Positions 1-10,258 of a stretch of 53,766 bases of DNA are shown piece after piece (position 1 is the first letter of the stretch; each line of letters starts with the position of its first letter). The notes beneath the pieces were generated by a model. The model was not told the DNA's origin and ran no database searches. It worked only from the letters and a program-made list of their open reading frames with translations. This DNA is from a virus (Duplodnaviria; Caudoviricetes). A program made the position numbers and the translations under genes. The DNA is taken from IMG/VR virus record IMGVR_UViG_3300018080_000225, positions 1-53,766 of that record; one strand, 5' to 3'.

Positions 1-3000
1 ACCTAAATCAGTTTTTGTTTCATACTTCTTATTCCACCAAAACCGTTTTAATGGAGTAATCCATTTTGAGGGCTTTAGAATTTCATCATAATACATTAAC
101 CATGGACTGACCGCTTCTGGTGCTGAAATATTTTGAAATAAAGGTGTAGGCTCATAATTCATTTCTTCTTCAAACTTCTTGAGCTTTTCTACCAACTCAG
201 GTGGCCGTGGATCAATTACATCTTCTGGCTGATTCACAGGGCGTAAATTGCCTGTCAACCAAGATAATTCACTAATACTCTGTTCAAGATCAGCGATTAC
301 CGCACGAGGATGTGCAGCCTGCCCTTGATAAGTAAAATGCTCACTCATATACTTATGGAAATTTTCGCGAGATGCCTTAACTTCTCCTTGCATCAAGGCT
401 ACGTTATATTGTTTTTGTAAAGTAGCATATTGATTTTGTGCATTTTGTAACTGTGTCTGTTGTTGCGATATTTGTGCTTGTACATCTTCCGGTGTACGAA
501 GGTTATATGCTAATTGTAACTGACCCCCCCGTGCTTTCCAATAAGCCTGTTGCATCTCAGGGGTATTGTTCAACGTGTGGAGTACTTGCCCTAATTGAGT
601 AACATTCAATGGGCCATAAGGGCCATATAACACATTACTAGCCACTTCATCATAATGATCTTGTCGTTGTGATCGGAATTGGCTTATAGGCGCAGATGTA
701 CGACTCAAAGAAAATTGAGCCTTTTTCCACTTATCACGTAAGGTCATTTCACGTTCGGCCATACGTTGATAGTTATCCTGAAGAATATCATATGCGACTA
801 CAGGATCACCACCGAAATGTCTTAACCACTCTTCCCATTCTGCCCATCGTGATGCATTATCTCGACTAACTACATATTCACCTTCTTGAAGTATGGCTGG
901 TACTTCTCCACCTGTTTGCATGTGTTTAACCCAACCACCATCATGAAACACTTTAGCGGGCGTACCTGCTGCTCGTTGTTGTTCCATTAATAATTTGTTC
1001 TGACGTGCATTTTCCTTAGCTAAAGCTAATTCCGGGCGTCCTGACTCAATATATTCTTTCTGTTCTCGCATCACAGTAAGAATATCAGTTAACAAACGTA
1101 AAGATTCTTGTGCTGCTTTATCATCGGCTACTTGACTGCTTGAGAGAGATCGCTCAAGATTTTGACCTAATGCTAATGTTTCTTCTACCACCCGTGGGAA
1201 CTCAGATTCCAATAGAGCAAGTCGCTCAGCTGAATCTTCACCTGTAGCCAAATAAGTTGCTGCTAACTTATCAATTTGCTTTTCAAGCCCAAAAACTTCT
1301 TGAAAAATCGGAGATGTAGTATCACGATCCGATATCAAGGTTGCTAACGTACGCATCTGACCAAGCATCTGAGGTAATTGCGTTTTATCTACAAAAGTTG
1401 TAAATAAAGCTTGATATGCAGCTGTTGTACCTTGAGTTACTTCTTGTCGTGTATTAATCTGTTCTTTCTCTATACGATCAAGTTCAGCAGCTAATCCCAT
1501 AGCTTCCCTGAGCTTATCACCTTGTTGACCTAATAGAGTTAACTCAACTGCGCGTTGTCCATTCTTTGCCCGTAATAATGATACTAAGCGTTCTTCACTC
1601 TTAATATTATCATCAAGTTGCTTTCCAACAAATTTACTTAATTCACCATAAGTCTTTACTTCCTGATTAAGAGCATTAAGCTGACTACGCAATGCAGGAA
1701 GTTCTGTTTCTTGTATCTCTTGTTGACGTGCGCGGTACGCCTGTGCAAATTGGCGTAGACGTGCCTGGCGTTCAAGATCAATGCGTACAGGTTGGAAGTC
1801 TCCAAGCTCTGTTACAGCAGTTCGACGTGCATCAGTTATTTGCTTCATGTATTCATCAAATAACTTAGTGGCTTGTTTCAAATCATCTGCTGTTGTGGCA
1901 GTTGTTACCTGCTGAATGGATTGAGAGAATAATTGAGCTGCACTACGCATTTCAATGTCAAAGCGATCAAAAGGTGTAGCTAATGGGCTTGACTTTGCCT
2001 CTTCAATACGCTGCACTTGGTACTTACGCTCTAAATCCGCTAGATATTTTTCCGTGTCTCTGCCTGCTTTTTCAAGATCAGCAATACGCTTCTTCAAAGC
2101 ATCACGTTGATCCTCAAGCGTCTGCTTATTGATTTCCATAAGCTCTTTTGCTTCAGCACGCTTTTCGTCTAACTGACTTTGAATAAGAATCTTTTCGCGT
2201 TCTTGGAATTCAGACAATTCGGAAATACGCTCGCGATGGTACTTCTGCACGTCTTGAATTAAGGTACCATTAATGATATTGAGATCTTTTACAACCTCTT
2301 CGGAATCCTTCTTTGCTCCTTCCATAACTTTATCAAGCGAACCAATTCCACGAATTACGGCATTCAAACCTAAGCTAATCGAACCTATTGCTGTAACTAA
2401 TCCACCGAAACGCCATACAAATTTCGGAATTGCAGATTCAACAGCAAATGCTTGCGCAACCAGGCGCGTAAATGTTACCCCCAATAAGCCATATGTTGCT
2501 GGTGCTAAGGCCGCACCACTGACATCACCTACAGATACCCCACCTATCATTTCTAAGCCTTTACTGATGGTAGCTAATACATCTTCAGCCATCATCATAT
2601 GACTCTGAAATACATTACGAACTTTGTTTGCTTCCTCAGTAATCATGAAGCCTGTTGTTTGTGTAACCAGACCAATAGACTTAAAATAACTTTCCGTTGC
2701 TTCTGCTGTTTTTGAAATATTAACTTCAACAGTATCAATATTCGAGATTAATCCAGCAAACCCTGTAGTACCTCGAATATCATGGATGTACTCAGACAAC
2801 TCGCCAAGATCACCGCTTGTCGCTTGTAATAATCGACGAATAACTCCTGATAGGCCGTACATTTGAATAGCCATTTGTCCAGACGTTACACCCCAATCCT
2901 CAAATAATGTCTTGAGTTGGGCAGATGGCTTCATTAACTTATTAATAACGTTGATAATGAAAGTGCTTGCACGATCAAAACGTAGACCACTGATCGTGAA

Positions 3001-5076
3001 CTGCTGAATCATTGTTAAGTATTCTTCAAATGATACACCAGCCTGATTAGCTAAAACTGCGGAACGTCCCATTGTATCTGCCATATCTTCTGCACGTACA
3101 CGACCCAATTCAATAGTTTTGAATAGTTGTGCCGCTATAAGACTGGCTTCGGACGCTGGTTTTTGGAACGCATTCAATGCTGACGATAACAGATTGATTG
3201 AATCAGTGATTGAAGAAGCTGTAGCATGAGAAAATTCTCCTGCTGTTTTCATGAAATCAACTGCACGTTGCCCTTGTGCAATCTGATTTGATGTAATTTG
3301 ATATAAGCCTTCTACAACATCTGTTTGTAATACATTATATTCATCCGATACTTCTTTGATTGCATCTCGCCAATCATTGTAAGTCATCGGCATTTCTTGA
3401 GAAATCGTTTGGACTTCACCAATTGCTCGGGATAAGTCTAATGTCGTGCTAACATTTGATCTTACTGCATTTGTAAAATTATAAAAGGCAGCAGTCAATG
3501 CACGAGCAAACACTAATTGACCAAAACGCTGCCACTTACGAGTAGTATTATCCACAGCCATACTTGCACGTTCACTAGCTGCTTCCATTTGATTAAAGAC
3601 ATTTACCATGTCTTTATTTGACTCAGTTACTTGAAGAGTACCTGCGCGGTACTTTTGCCATTCCCCTTCAAGATTATCGACATTAATCCCTGCTTTATGC
3701 ACACTACGTGCAAGATTCTCAAAAGAATCACGTAAAATTTGTTGTTGTCGTGGTTGTAGCTTAGACAAAGCTCTACCGCTCCGAAGAATACGTACAAATG
3801 CCGCTTCAAGTCTATCGGCTGTTTGACGTAATTCAGGTGCTAAAGCTGCTCTACCTGTGGCCTTTTCCATAGCTTCATCGAACTTCAACATTGTGCTCGT
3901 TAATTTATCCATCGGATTTAACGGGCCTTCTGCTTCCTTCCGAATAACTGCTAATGTACCTGACAACCCTTCTAAGCTATGGTCGCTCTTTGCTGTAGCC
4001 TCGGATAATTGATCGATCTGCTCATAAAGCACACGTTGCTGCTGAATAGGTAATGCACTAATTAATTCTTGATAAGACCCACGTAAAGCATTTGTTACTT
4101 GTGTTTGTCTTGTTTGAATACGGGAGGCTTCATTAGTTACATCATTTTCTTTTTGTTGCTTACTTAATACTGTATCAATACCCTTAATACGGGTTTGCAT
4201 TTCCTTTTGTTCGGCTGCATTTAGCTCTGCACTTGTTTCTACTCCCATCTGTTTTGCAATAAATAAAGTCTGTAAGGCTGCTCTGAATCTCTGTGCTGCT
4301 TCAATTTGTGCTTCATTGAAAGGCGCGTCAACTGTTGCCGCTGGCTCTGTTGGTAATGGTACTTGAGCCGCACGTTCAGCTTGAATAGCTGCTGCTACAG
4401 CTTCAGCATTCTTTAAGCGCTGTTCATAAGCTTTTTGTTCTACTACATTTTGCTCTTTTCTAACTTCTGTTGATTGATCAATTGCTAAAATTAAGCCGAG
4501 TAATTCTTTTTTATGTTCACCTACTGCTTTTGCTTCTTCTGTTGTAAAAGGTATTGCCGCCTCAATTGGTTTCTTAGGATCACGAGTTGTCACTGATGTC
4601 TGTGCGATTTCTTGATGCGCTTTTTTAACATCTTCTACAAAATTCCGTCGGAATGTGTCAACTTTCTTATTTACAGCATCAAGTATCTTACCTGTTTTCT
4701 GTGCCAAACGATCATCTAGCTTATCAAGCTCTTTTGGAATAATTGGAATTTTCTGAACTTGTTTGCCCGCAGTTTCAAGTTTCTTAATTTCCCCCTGCAT
4801 ATTACCAAGAACACGTTGCGCGTTCTGAAAACGCTTATTTAGTGCATCTGATGGTCCTTCAACTGCAATCGCAGTTGCTTTGGCTGATTGCACCATAATC
4901 TTGGCATAAGCAGAACATACATTCCCCAACCCCGTCATTACTTTAGCCAATTGACGCTGTTGTGCTGTAGCAACAGTAGATGCCGCATTGAAGGCATTCA
5001 TTTCTTGCGTCAATTGACGTAACGGTTGTTCATAACCGCTGGTATCTAGGGATACACTTATACTTTCATCTGCCAT
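1..5076 (-). CDS. Tail tape measure protein, 3' end beyond window (at least 1692 aa)
   Basis: Not in the ORF track because no stop falls in the window. ATG at 5076 (MADESISVSLDTSG) overlaps the upstream TAA (TAATG) and the frame is open at position 1 (...KKYETKTDLG); spot-checked, not every codon. TP901-like core near 2700-3450 (ALNAFQKPASEASLIAAQLFKTIELGRVRAEDMADTMG). C-terminal HDGG...QTGGEVPAILQEGEYVV motif near 880-950. Confidence 0.9.
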   Translation of the reverse strand, partial: MADESISVSLDTSGYEQPLRQLTQEMNAFNAASTVATAQQRQLAKVMTGLGNVCSAYAKIMVQSAKATAIAVEGPSDALNKRFQNAQRVLGNMQGEIKKLETAGKQVQKIPIIPKELDKLDDRLAQKTGKILDAVNKKVDTFRRNFVEDVKKAHQEIAQTSVTTRDPKKPIEAAIPFTTEEAKAVGEHKKELLGLILAIDQSTEVRKEQNVVEQKAYEQRLKNAEAVAAAIQAERAAQVPLPTEPAATVDAPFNEAQIEAAQRFRAALQTLFIAKQMGVETSAELNAAEQKEMQTRIKGIDTVLSKQQKENDVTNEASRIQTRQTQVTNALRGSYQELISALPIQQQRVLYEQIDQLSEATAKSDHSLEGLSGTLAVIRKEAEGPLNPMDKLTSTMLKFDEAMEKATGRAALAPELRQTADRLEAAFVRILRSGRALSKLQPRQQQILRDSFENLARSVHKAGINVDNLEGEWQKYRAGTLQVTESNKDMVNVFNQMEAASERASMAVDNTTRKWQRFGQLVFARALTAAFYNFTNAVRSNVSTTLDLSRAIGEVQTISQEMPMTYNDWRDAIKEVSDEYNVLQTDVVEGLYQITSNQIAQGQRAVDFMKTAGEFSHATASSITDSINLLSSALNAFQKPASEASLIAAQLFKTIELGRVRAEDMADTMGRSAVLANQAGVSFEEYLTMIQQFTISGLRFDRASTFIINVINKLMKPSAQLKTLFEDWGVTSGQMAIQMYGLSGVIRRLLQATSGDLGELSEYIHDIRGTTGFAGLISNIDTVEVNISKTAEATESYFKSIGLVTQTTGFMITEEANKVRNVFQSHMMMAEDVLATISKGLEMIGGVSVGDVSGAALAPATYGLLGVTFTRLVAQAFAVESAIPKFVWRFGGLVTAIGSISLGLNAVIRGIGSLDKVMEGAKKDSEEVVKDLNIINGTLIQDVQKYHRERISELSEFQEREKILIQSQLDEKRAEAKELMEINKQTLEDQRDALKKRIADLEKAGRDTEKYLADLERKYQVQRIEEAKSSPLATPFDRFDIEMRSAAQLFSQSIQQVTTATTADDLKQATKLFDEYMKQITDARRTAVTELGDFQPVRIDLERQARLRQFAQAYRARQQEIQETELPALRSQLNALNQEVKTYGELSKFVGKQLDDNIKSEERLVSLLRAKNGQRAVELTLLGQQGDKLREAMGLAAELDRIEKEQINTRQEVTQGTTAAYQALFTTFVDKTQLPQMLGQMRTLATLISDRDTTSPIFQEVFGLEKQIDKLAATYLATGEDSAERLALLESEFPRVVEETLALGQNLERSLSSSQVADDKAAQESLRLLTDILTVMREQKEYIESGRPELALAKENARQNKLLMEQQRAAGTPAKVFHDGGWVKHMQTGGEVPAILQEGEYVVSRDNASRWAEWEEWLRHFGGDPVVAYDILQDNYQRMAEREMTLRDKWKKAQFSLSRTSAPISQFRSQRQDHYDEVASNVLYGPYGPLNVTQLGQVLHTLNNTPEMQQAYWKARGGQLQLAYNLRTPEDVQAQISQQQTQLQNAQNQYATLQKQYNVALMQGEVKASRENFHKYMSEHFTYQGQAAHPRAVIADLEQSISELSWLTGNLRPVNQPEDVIDPRPPELVEKLKKFEEEMNYEPTPLFQNISAPEAVSPWLMYYDEILKPSKWITPLKRFWWNKKYETKTDLG

Positions 5077-5840
5077 TAGAAGGGAACCTCCTCATCAAAA
5101 TCAATTGCCTCAACTACTGGAGCTTCAATGGTTCCTCCTATGTCAACTAAGGATGCATATTCTGCTGGTGTTCCTACTGGGACGCCGGGTAATACTGCTC
5201 GTAATCCAAGAACACCTGATTCTTTAATGACACGTTCAAACTCTTTATTAAATGCTTTCTGTCCATCTATGTGTAGTGCCCATGGGCCTACATCATAAGG
5301 CTGTTCATCCCAACCCCACGGGCTTGAATCAATTGTACCTGCACTATAATGTTCGAGATAAAAATCTTTGATCGCGAAAAGGAAAGTATATTTACCAGAA
5401 TACTGATTGCCTGGTTTTGTATCAATGATCATTGGTACATATTGATCGGACTTCCAACTATCTTCATTCTGCCCATCCAAATGTAAGTTTTGTTTCCATA
5501 GTTCTCTACTACCACTCCAACCTGATTGAGGGTATTGATGTGGTGCTGCCTTGGCTAATGTTTTAGATATTTGCACATTATCTTCAAATTGAGGGATTTG
5601 AAATTTCATAGCCAAATTATAGTCAATTGACTTTGCGCGATCAATTACTTCTTTAAGTCTCCAGATTAAGGCCGCTCGGGACGCTCCTGTTAAAACAGGC
5701 ACTTGATTAACAATCTCAGCGATATACGCTGCGCAGGCCGCTAAATAAGCCAATTTCATTCGGACACGAAAACTCTTTCTCATTGTCTCGCCCTTTACGC
5801 GATTAATGAGTTTCAAGTTAAATGTGCCTTTGAATTCCAT
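5076..5840 (-). CDS. Putative tail/neck component, HK97 gp10-like
   Basis: Likely start MEFKGTF at 5840 (TAATG overlap with the frameshift product stop). VPVLTGASRAAL resembles the gp10 PVxTGxLRxS motif. Confidence 0.5.
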   Translation of the reverse strand: MEFKGTFNLKLINRVKGETMRKSFRVRMKLAYLAACAAYIAEIVNQVPVLTGASRAALIWRLKEVIDRAKSIDYNLAMKFQIPQFEDNVQISKTLAKAAPHQYPQSGWSGSRELWKQNLHLDGQNEDSWKSDQYVPMIIDTKPGNQYSGKYTFLFAIKDFYLEHYSAGTIDSSPWGWDEQPYDVGPWALHIDGQKAFNKEFERVIKESGVLGLRAVLPGVPVGTPAEYASLVDIGGTIEAPVVEAIDFDEEVPF

Positions 5841-6073
5841 TAGACCTTTGGTACTCCTGCCGACGTCGCTAATGCATTTGCTTCTTCTTCGCACCGAATG
5901 CTATCGTATGCTAAAAGCTCTGCATGTAGTGGCGTTTCCATATCGTCCCAATTATCCTTTATTCTTGGTGGCTTCAGGCCGAACCTTTCACAGATTCGCC
6001 AGACGCTGTACTTTCCTGATCGTCCGTCTGGCGTGATTCTTGTTCGGGCTGGGCCTGTTGTCCAGCTAAAAAA
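5840..6073 (-). CDS. -1 frameshift extension of tail assembly chaperone (gpGT-like)
   Basis: The -1 frame after T TTT TTA is open (SWTTGPARTRITPDGRSGKYSVWRICERFGLKPPRIKDNWDDMETPLHAELLAYDSIRCEEEANALATSAGVPKV*) and ends in TAA at 5840-5842, coupled to the next ATG. Confidence 0.8.
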   Translation of the reverse strand, partial: FFSWTTGPARTRITPDGRSGKYSVWRICERFGLKPPRIKDNWDDMETPLHAELLAYDSIRCEEEANALATSAGVPKV

Positions 6074-6510
6074 GCTTCACGTGCCTTATCTACAGCTTCT
6101 TCATTCAGGCTATTCGCTTCCATGGTCTGATTGACAATGCGAGTAATCTCAACTGCTGTAAATCCTGCTGCTGCAAGTTCATCAGCATAATTCTTGAAGG
6201 TTTCAGGATCATTCCAATCTACTGTTTCCCATTCAAGTCCTTCTGTTTCAAGTAAGGACTTGGCAACCATATAATGAATCATCTGCTGGTTACGCTGAGA
6301 AAGTATCTGCTTATACTGTGGTGATTCGACAAGACGTTGAATTTCCCCACCAGGTAACTCCCGAACTGGAGGTTCAGGTACTGGACACACTTCCAGAAAC
6401 TCTTCAAATGATTCAAGTGGTCGCGCTTGAAATACAATATTGCCTTGGTCACGTAAGACTATGATAGTCTTGATATTTGGTACACTTACTTGCTGTCCAT
6501 GTAATTTCAT
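5974..6510 (-). CDS. Tail assembly chaperone (gpG-like)
   Basis: Lies between tail tube genes and tape measure; acidic; slippery heptamer T TTT TTA at 6067-6073. Confidence 0.8.
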   Translation of the reverse strand: MKLHGQQVSVPNIKTIIVLRDQGNIVFQARPLESFEEFLEVCPVPEPPVRELPGGEIQRLVESPQYKQILSQRNQQMIHYMVAKSLLETEGLEWETVDWNDPETFKNYADELAAAGFTAVEITRIVNQTMEANSLNEEAVDKAREAFLAGQQAQPEQESRQTDDQESTASGESVKGSA

Positions 6511-6544
6511 TACTGTCTCCTACGACGAGCCGTCGCTTACTACC

Positions 6545-7240
6545 CTACGGAATTACCCGGCGATCTTCTGGCCAATTCCAAGCTCCACCACCCTTCAAGA
6601 AGGGGATCGGGACATCACCTGGATTAACTTGATACAGCCAATTCGCAGGTAATGGATTCAAAGCCATCGGACGCAGAATATTCGCTTTTCCTGTTACGCT
6701 GACTGTGCCAGCACTGACATCGTGATCAACTGCTTCTGCCCGGAAATACCGGAACAACAATGCTTCACCCGGCACCGTTGTAAGATCAGGGCATTCACGC
6801 CGAAGATCATTGTGAAGTTCCAAAGCCGTACAATACGGAGTACAATCCAACCACGGTTCACGTTCAACACCCGCTGCAACCCAGGGGTGAGGCGTTACAC
6901 CGCCATCGAACTTCTTCCCACGCATAGCTTCTTGTATGGTTAACTGATTGCGGTAAGCATTAAGCAAGTCCGAAGCAGTGGGATCGATTCCCGCTGGTAC
7001 GCTTTGAACATACTCATACTTACCCCCAAGTGTAATATCCAGAGGCGCTTCATCACCACGACGAATATCATCCAACTTACCCCGGTCCAACTCATAGTTG
7101 AAATTCCGCGTGACAGTATAGGTAAAGTTGCCTTCACCAAACTTCACGATTAGGTAATCGCCTTGATCTGCTCCAGGCGGAGTATTGGCTTCCGTGGTGC
7201 GCCGAACGAACAGTGTGCAATTCTTAAGATCAATGTTCAT
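6545..7240 (-). CDS. Putative tail tube protein, paralog 2
   Basis: Start MNIDLKN at 7240 with GAGG RBS; highly similar to 7245-7907; sits just before the chaperone. Confidence 0.7.
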   Translation of the reverse strand: MNIDLKNCTLFVRRTTEANTPPGADQGDYLIVKFGEGNFTYTVTRNFNYELDRGKLDDIRRGDEAPLDITLGGKYEYVQSVPAGIDPTASDLLNAYRNQLTIQEAMRGKKFDGGVTPHPWVAAGVEREPWLDCTPYCTALELHNDLRRECPDLTTVPGEALLFRYFRAEAVDHDVSAGTVSVTGKANILRPMALNPLPANWLYQVNPGDVPIPFLKGGGAWNWPEDRRVIP

Positions 7241-7244
7241 GGGC

Positions 7245-7907
7245 TTAACCTCGCGGATCTTCCGGCCATCCGTCCAACGGCGTCGGAAGTTCATCTACAG
7301 TGTAGGGGAAGTCCACGACACGCTGGACCAATGGGTCCGTAGTGTTACATTTTCCTGTTACAGCAATGGTCCCGGCTTTTACATCCATCGCGTGACTCTC
7401 TGCGCGGAAAAACCGGAATAACATCGCCTCCAACGGTAAGGGGTACTTCGGCGGGTCTGGCGGCGGCCCATTAATTGCAGGGCATTCCCGACGAAGATCA
7501 TTATGAAGTTCCAGAGCCACACAATAGGGCGCACAGTCAAGCCACTCTTCGATCTCCACACCTGCTGGAGTCGGAGAAGCTGCCGTAACCCATGGGTTCG
7601 GATCTCCATTCAATAGTGTCCCATCCATCGCTTCAAACAGGGAAAGACGTTCGTTCACATCCGCACCGTACTGCTGAATGTATTCGTACTTCCCTGTAAT
7701 TGAGATGTCAATGGGAATCTCGTCTCCACGTCGAACATCTTCCAAACGTCCTCGATCCAACTCATAGTTGATGGTGTCACGGATGTTCCACGTGAAGGTA
7801 CCTTCACCGAACTTCACTACCATCCCTGTATTAATTGGCATCGGATTCGCTGCAAGATTGCTGCGACGTAAAACAAGAAGATTGACATTTTTGAGGTCTA
7901 TCTTCAT
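7245..7907 (-). CDS. Putative tail tube protein, paralog 1
   Basis: Shares VKFGEG.FT, NYELDRG.L.D.RRGDE, WLDC.PYC.ALELHNDLRRECP and FRAE with its neighbour; tail-module position. Confidence 0.7.
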   Translation of the reverse strand: MKIDLKNVNLLVLRRSNLAANPMPINTGMVVKFGEGTFTWNIRDTINYELDRGRLEDVRRGDEIPIDISITGKYEYIQQYGADVNERLSLFEAMDGTLLNGDPNPWVTAASPTPAGVEIEEWLDCAPYCVALELHNDLRRECPAINGPPPDPPKYPLPLEAMLFRFFRAESHAMDVKAGTIAVTGKCNTTDPLVQRVVDFPYTVDELPTPLDGWPEDPRG

Positions 7908-8365
7908 GCCTCGATCATCCTTTCATGCTCAATTATCCCTGTCAAGTCAACTTCCATATAGCCAACTTTCAAGGGTATCTTTGTTTCTACGTTCCCTCTT
8001 TCAATGGTCCGAATGTTCATGTCATGTAAGCAAAAGTCTGGTGAAGTTATACCTGTTACAAGGATATTTTCTGATGCTGCTGCGGCAAAAAGTCCTAATA
8101 AATCTGTAATCTCATAAATGTTTTCGCTACGTTGAATATTGATCGCACATCCTACACGAATCTGTAATCTTACAGTTGTAGTTTGTCCATCTGCCTCTTC
8201 GGAATAAAACGGTCCATAGACTTTCAATTCTGCCCATTTAGAATGTGAATTTGGTCGTTTCTGATCTTCACCTAAGAACATGTGCATTCCTTCACTTTCT
8301 GCTACAGCAGCAAAGTGCTTTGTGACTGCACGTCGAATTTCTGTTGTCCAATGTGGTCTAATCAT
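7904..8365 (-). CDS. Putative tail terminator/completion protein
   Basis: 153 aa, directly upstream of the tail tube genes, ATGA-coupled; assigned by synteny. Confidence 0.5.
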   Translation of the reverse strand: MIRPHWTTEIRRAVTKHFAAVAESEGMHMFLGEDQKRPNSHSKWAELKVYGPFYSEEADGQTTTVRLQIRVGCAINIQRSENIYEITDLLGLFAAAASENILVTGITSPDFCLHDMNIRTIERGNVETKIPLKVGYMEVDLTGIIEHERMIEA

Positions 8366-8760
8366 TTTGTTGGTAATCCTACAAGGATAAGTTCCCAGGC
8401 TTCATAGAGATCATTAACCTCTTTCACCTCATACCGTTCATTCCGACTTGTTATGATGGTATCTGCTCCTGATGGATGAACACCAAGAGGCAAATCTGAT
8501 TTTTGTATTAGCCCGACATGACTACCTTTATCGTAATTTGAATCATACGGGTAACTGCCTGCTCGAAATGCCTTAACATACGTTCTTGCAATCTCTACAG
8601 GAAACAGAACAATCTGAGCTAAGTCAAACTCATGTGATCCTGATCCTACTTGACCTGTTTCAGGATTAGCCTTAGAAGTAGTTATTGTCACATACTTCAC
8701 AGGCTGACCCCAATCGCGCTTCAGCGTGTATAGCAGGTCAATCAGAGGGACGTTCGTCAT
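8362..8760 (-). CDS. Putative head-closure (stopper) protein
   Basis: 132 aa; NPETG and D.I....RYEV..V pattern typical of stoppers; synteny. Confidence 0.5.
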   Translation of the reverse strand: MTNVPLIDLLYTLKRDWGQPVKYVTITTSKANPETGQVGSGSHEFDLAQIVLFPVEIARTYVKAFRAGSYPYDSNYDKGSHVGLIQKSDLPLGVHPSGADTIITSRNERYEVKEVNDLYEAWELILVGLPTK

Positions 8761-8968
8761 GACATCTCTCCATCATAGATGTTGCGGCCATTATTACTTG
8801 AGTTGTTTGTTCAATGAGCCTCATTAGGGTGTTACGTTGAAAGTCTTGCAACTCCGCAATAACAGCACCTAACGATTGCTCACGTTTGAAATCCCGCCAT
8901 ACAAAGAAGCCAAAAATAGCAACAAACGGACCGGCTTCTTTCAAAACTGCTAAGAAAGCTGCTTCCAT
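8738..8968 (-). CDS. Small single-TM protein, holin-like (BhlA/UviB-type)
   Basis: GPFVAIFGFFVW hydrophobic segment followed by RDFKRE and a coiled coil; AGGAGG RBS. Confidence 0.45.
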   Translation of the reverse strand: MEAAFLAVLKEAGPFVAIFGFFVWRDFKREQSLGAVIAELQDFQRNTLMRLIEQTTQVIMAATSMMERCHDERPSD

Positions 8969-8991
8969 TTGTTACCTCCTTTCTCCTTTAT

Positions 8992-9396
8992 TTACGGTAG
9001 TTGGATGACCGCGATGTTAATCTCGGTTGCCAACAATGCACCACCGAGCGTATAATCAAGACCGACTTCTCCATCGGACTCGAAATTGCCCGTAAATGGT
9101 CCAATCAAATTGGCTTCACCGGGACCAATAACGATCGTTGGATCTTGTACCGGTAGTCCATCCGGCGTCTCCGGGACCACGGTGGTCGCATCCATCGTGA
9201 TCGTAAGATCGTCGGTGTCATCTGTGTTTTGAACCACAATGAGACACTTCCCACGAACATTGGCAAACTTATTGCCATTAACCGCATCGGGGTTTTCCCA
9301 TAACAATGGTCCAGGCGTAAAGACGCCACCTGGTTCGGTATAAATACCCTTGAACGAGGCAAGTTGTACGCCATTTGTAAAATCTGTACGTGCCAT
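8992..9396 (-). CDS. Virion structural protein (decoration-like), paralog A
   Basis: Downstream of the major capsid gene; shares SF.G..T..GG...P, F.N......V.N and GPF..NF with two neighbours. Confidence 0.55.
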   Translation of the reverse strand: MARTDFTNGVQLASFKGIYTEPGGVFTPGPLLWENPDAVNGNKFANVRGKCLIVVQNTDDTDDLTITMDATTVVPETPDGLPVQDPTIVIGPGEANLIGPFTGNFESDGEVGLDYTLGGALLATEINIAVIQLP

Positions 9397-9414
9397 TTTG
9401 GCTCTCCTTTATAG

Positions 9415-9825
9415 TTACTCTGGTAATATTACTGCGGCTACATCAATATCTGTTCGTGCCGCTGTGCCACCAAAAGTTAACGAACACTGATCTTTAAGAT
9501 CAAAATTTTCTGAAAACGGTCCAAAGATTCCCCACATATTTGGTGGTACAACAAAATGTTGTTGTCCATCTGTTGTCACATGCCAATAAGGTGGGTCTAT
9601 AACTTTTGCTTGTGATCCGTAAAAAGTATAACTAAGAGTTCCTGTTAATGAACGATTTCTGACAACTAAAATAAGCCTATTGGGGACATTCACAAATGTA
9701 TCACGATCAGGTATTTCAACTGGGTGTCTTGACAAGTCCAGCGCACCAGGAGTAAAGATACCACCTGGTTCCGTAAAGATACCATCAAAGGAGCAATACT
9801 GATGAGGTATCACAATTAAAGCCAT
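9415..9825 (-). CDS. Virion structural protein (decoration-like), paralog B
   Basis: Paralog of 8992-9396 (SFDGIFTEPGGIFTPG; GPFSENF). Confidence 0.5.
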   Translation of the reverse strand: MALIVIPHQYCSFDGIFTEPGGIFTPGALDLSRHPVEIPDRDTFVNVPNRLILVVRNRSLTGTLSYTFYGSQAKVIDPPYWHVTTDGQQHFVVPPNMWGIFGPFSENFDLKDQCSLTFGGTAARTDIDVAAVILPE

Positions 9826-9829
9826 CTAG

Positions 9830-10252
9830 TTATCCTCCTTCCGCTGGTACACATACTACAGCCAACTTTAATGAGCCTGTAGGAGGTGGAAACCCTGCTG
9901 GTGAAATGATGAATCGTGCTCGGTCATCAAAATTGAAGTAATTTGAAAACGGTCCAACGATATTCCACCAACTATTTGGGGGTACTACAGTGAGAGAATC
10001 TGATACACCCATAGGAAATGGAATATTATAGATCGTTGCGTTAACTTCATTAATTATTGACACTGGCTCACTGGTTTCATTGTTTGCTACAATTACTGTT
10101 CGTCCTGTTTTATTCACAAAGTCAAAATATAAAGGTATGTTAAAGTTTGTTATCTCTGTCCAAACTAAAGAGTTTGGCACTAATACTCCACCCGCCAGAG
10201 TATAGACTCCAGCGAATGAAGCCTTTTGAACTTCTAGTGGAGTATAGGCCAT
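9830..10252 (-). CDS. Virion structural protein (decoration-like), paralog C
   Basis: Paralog (SFAGVYTLAGGVLVP; GPFSNYF). Confidence 0.5.
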   Translation of the reverse strand: MAYTPLEVQKASFAGVYTLAGGVLVPNSLVWTEITNFNIPLYFDFVNKTGRTVIVANNETSEPVSIINEVNATIYNIPFPMGVSDSLTVVPPNSWWNIVGPFSNYFNFDDRARFIISPAGFPPPTGSLKLAVVCVPAEGG

Positions 10253-10258
10253 AACTCA

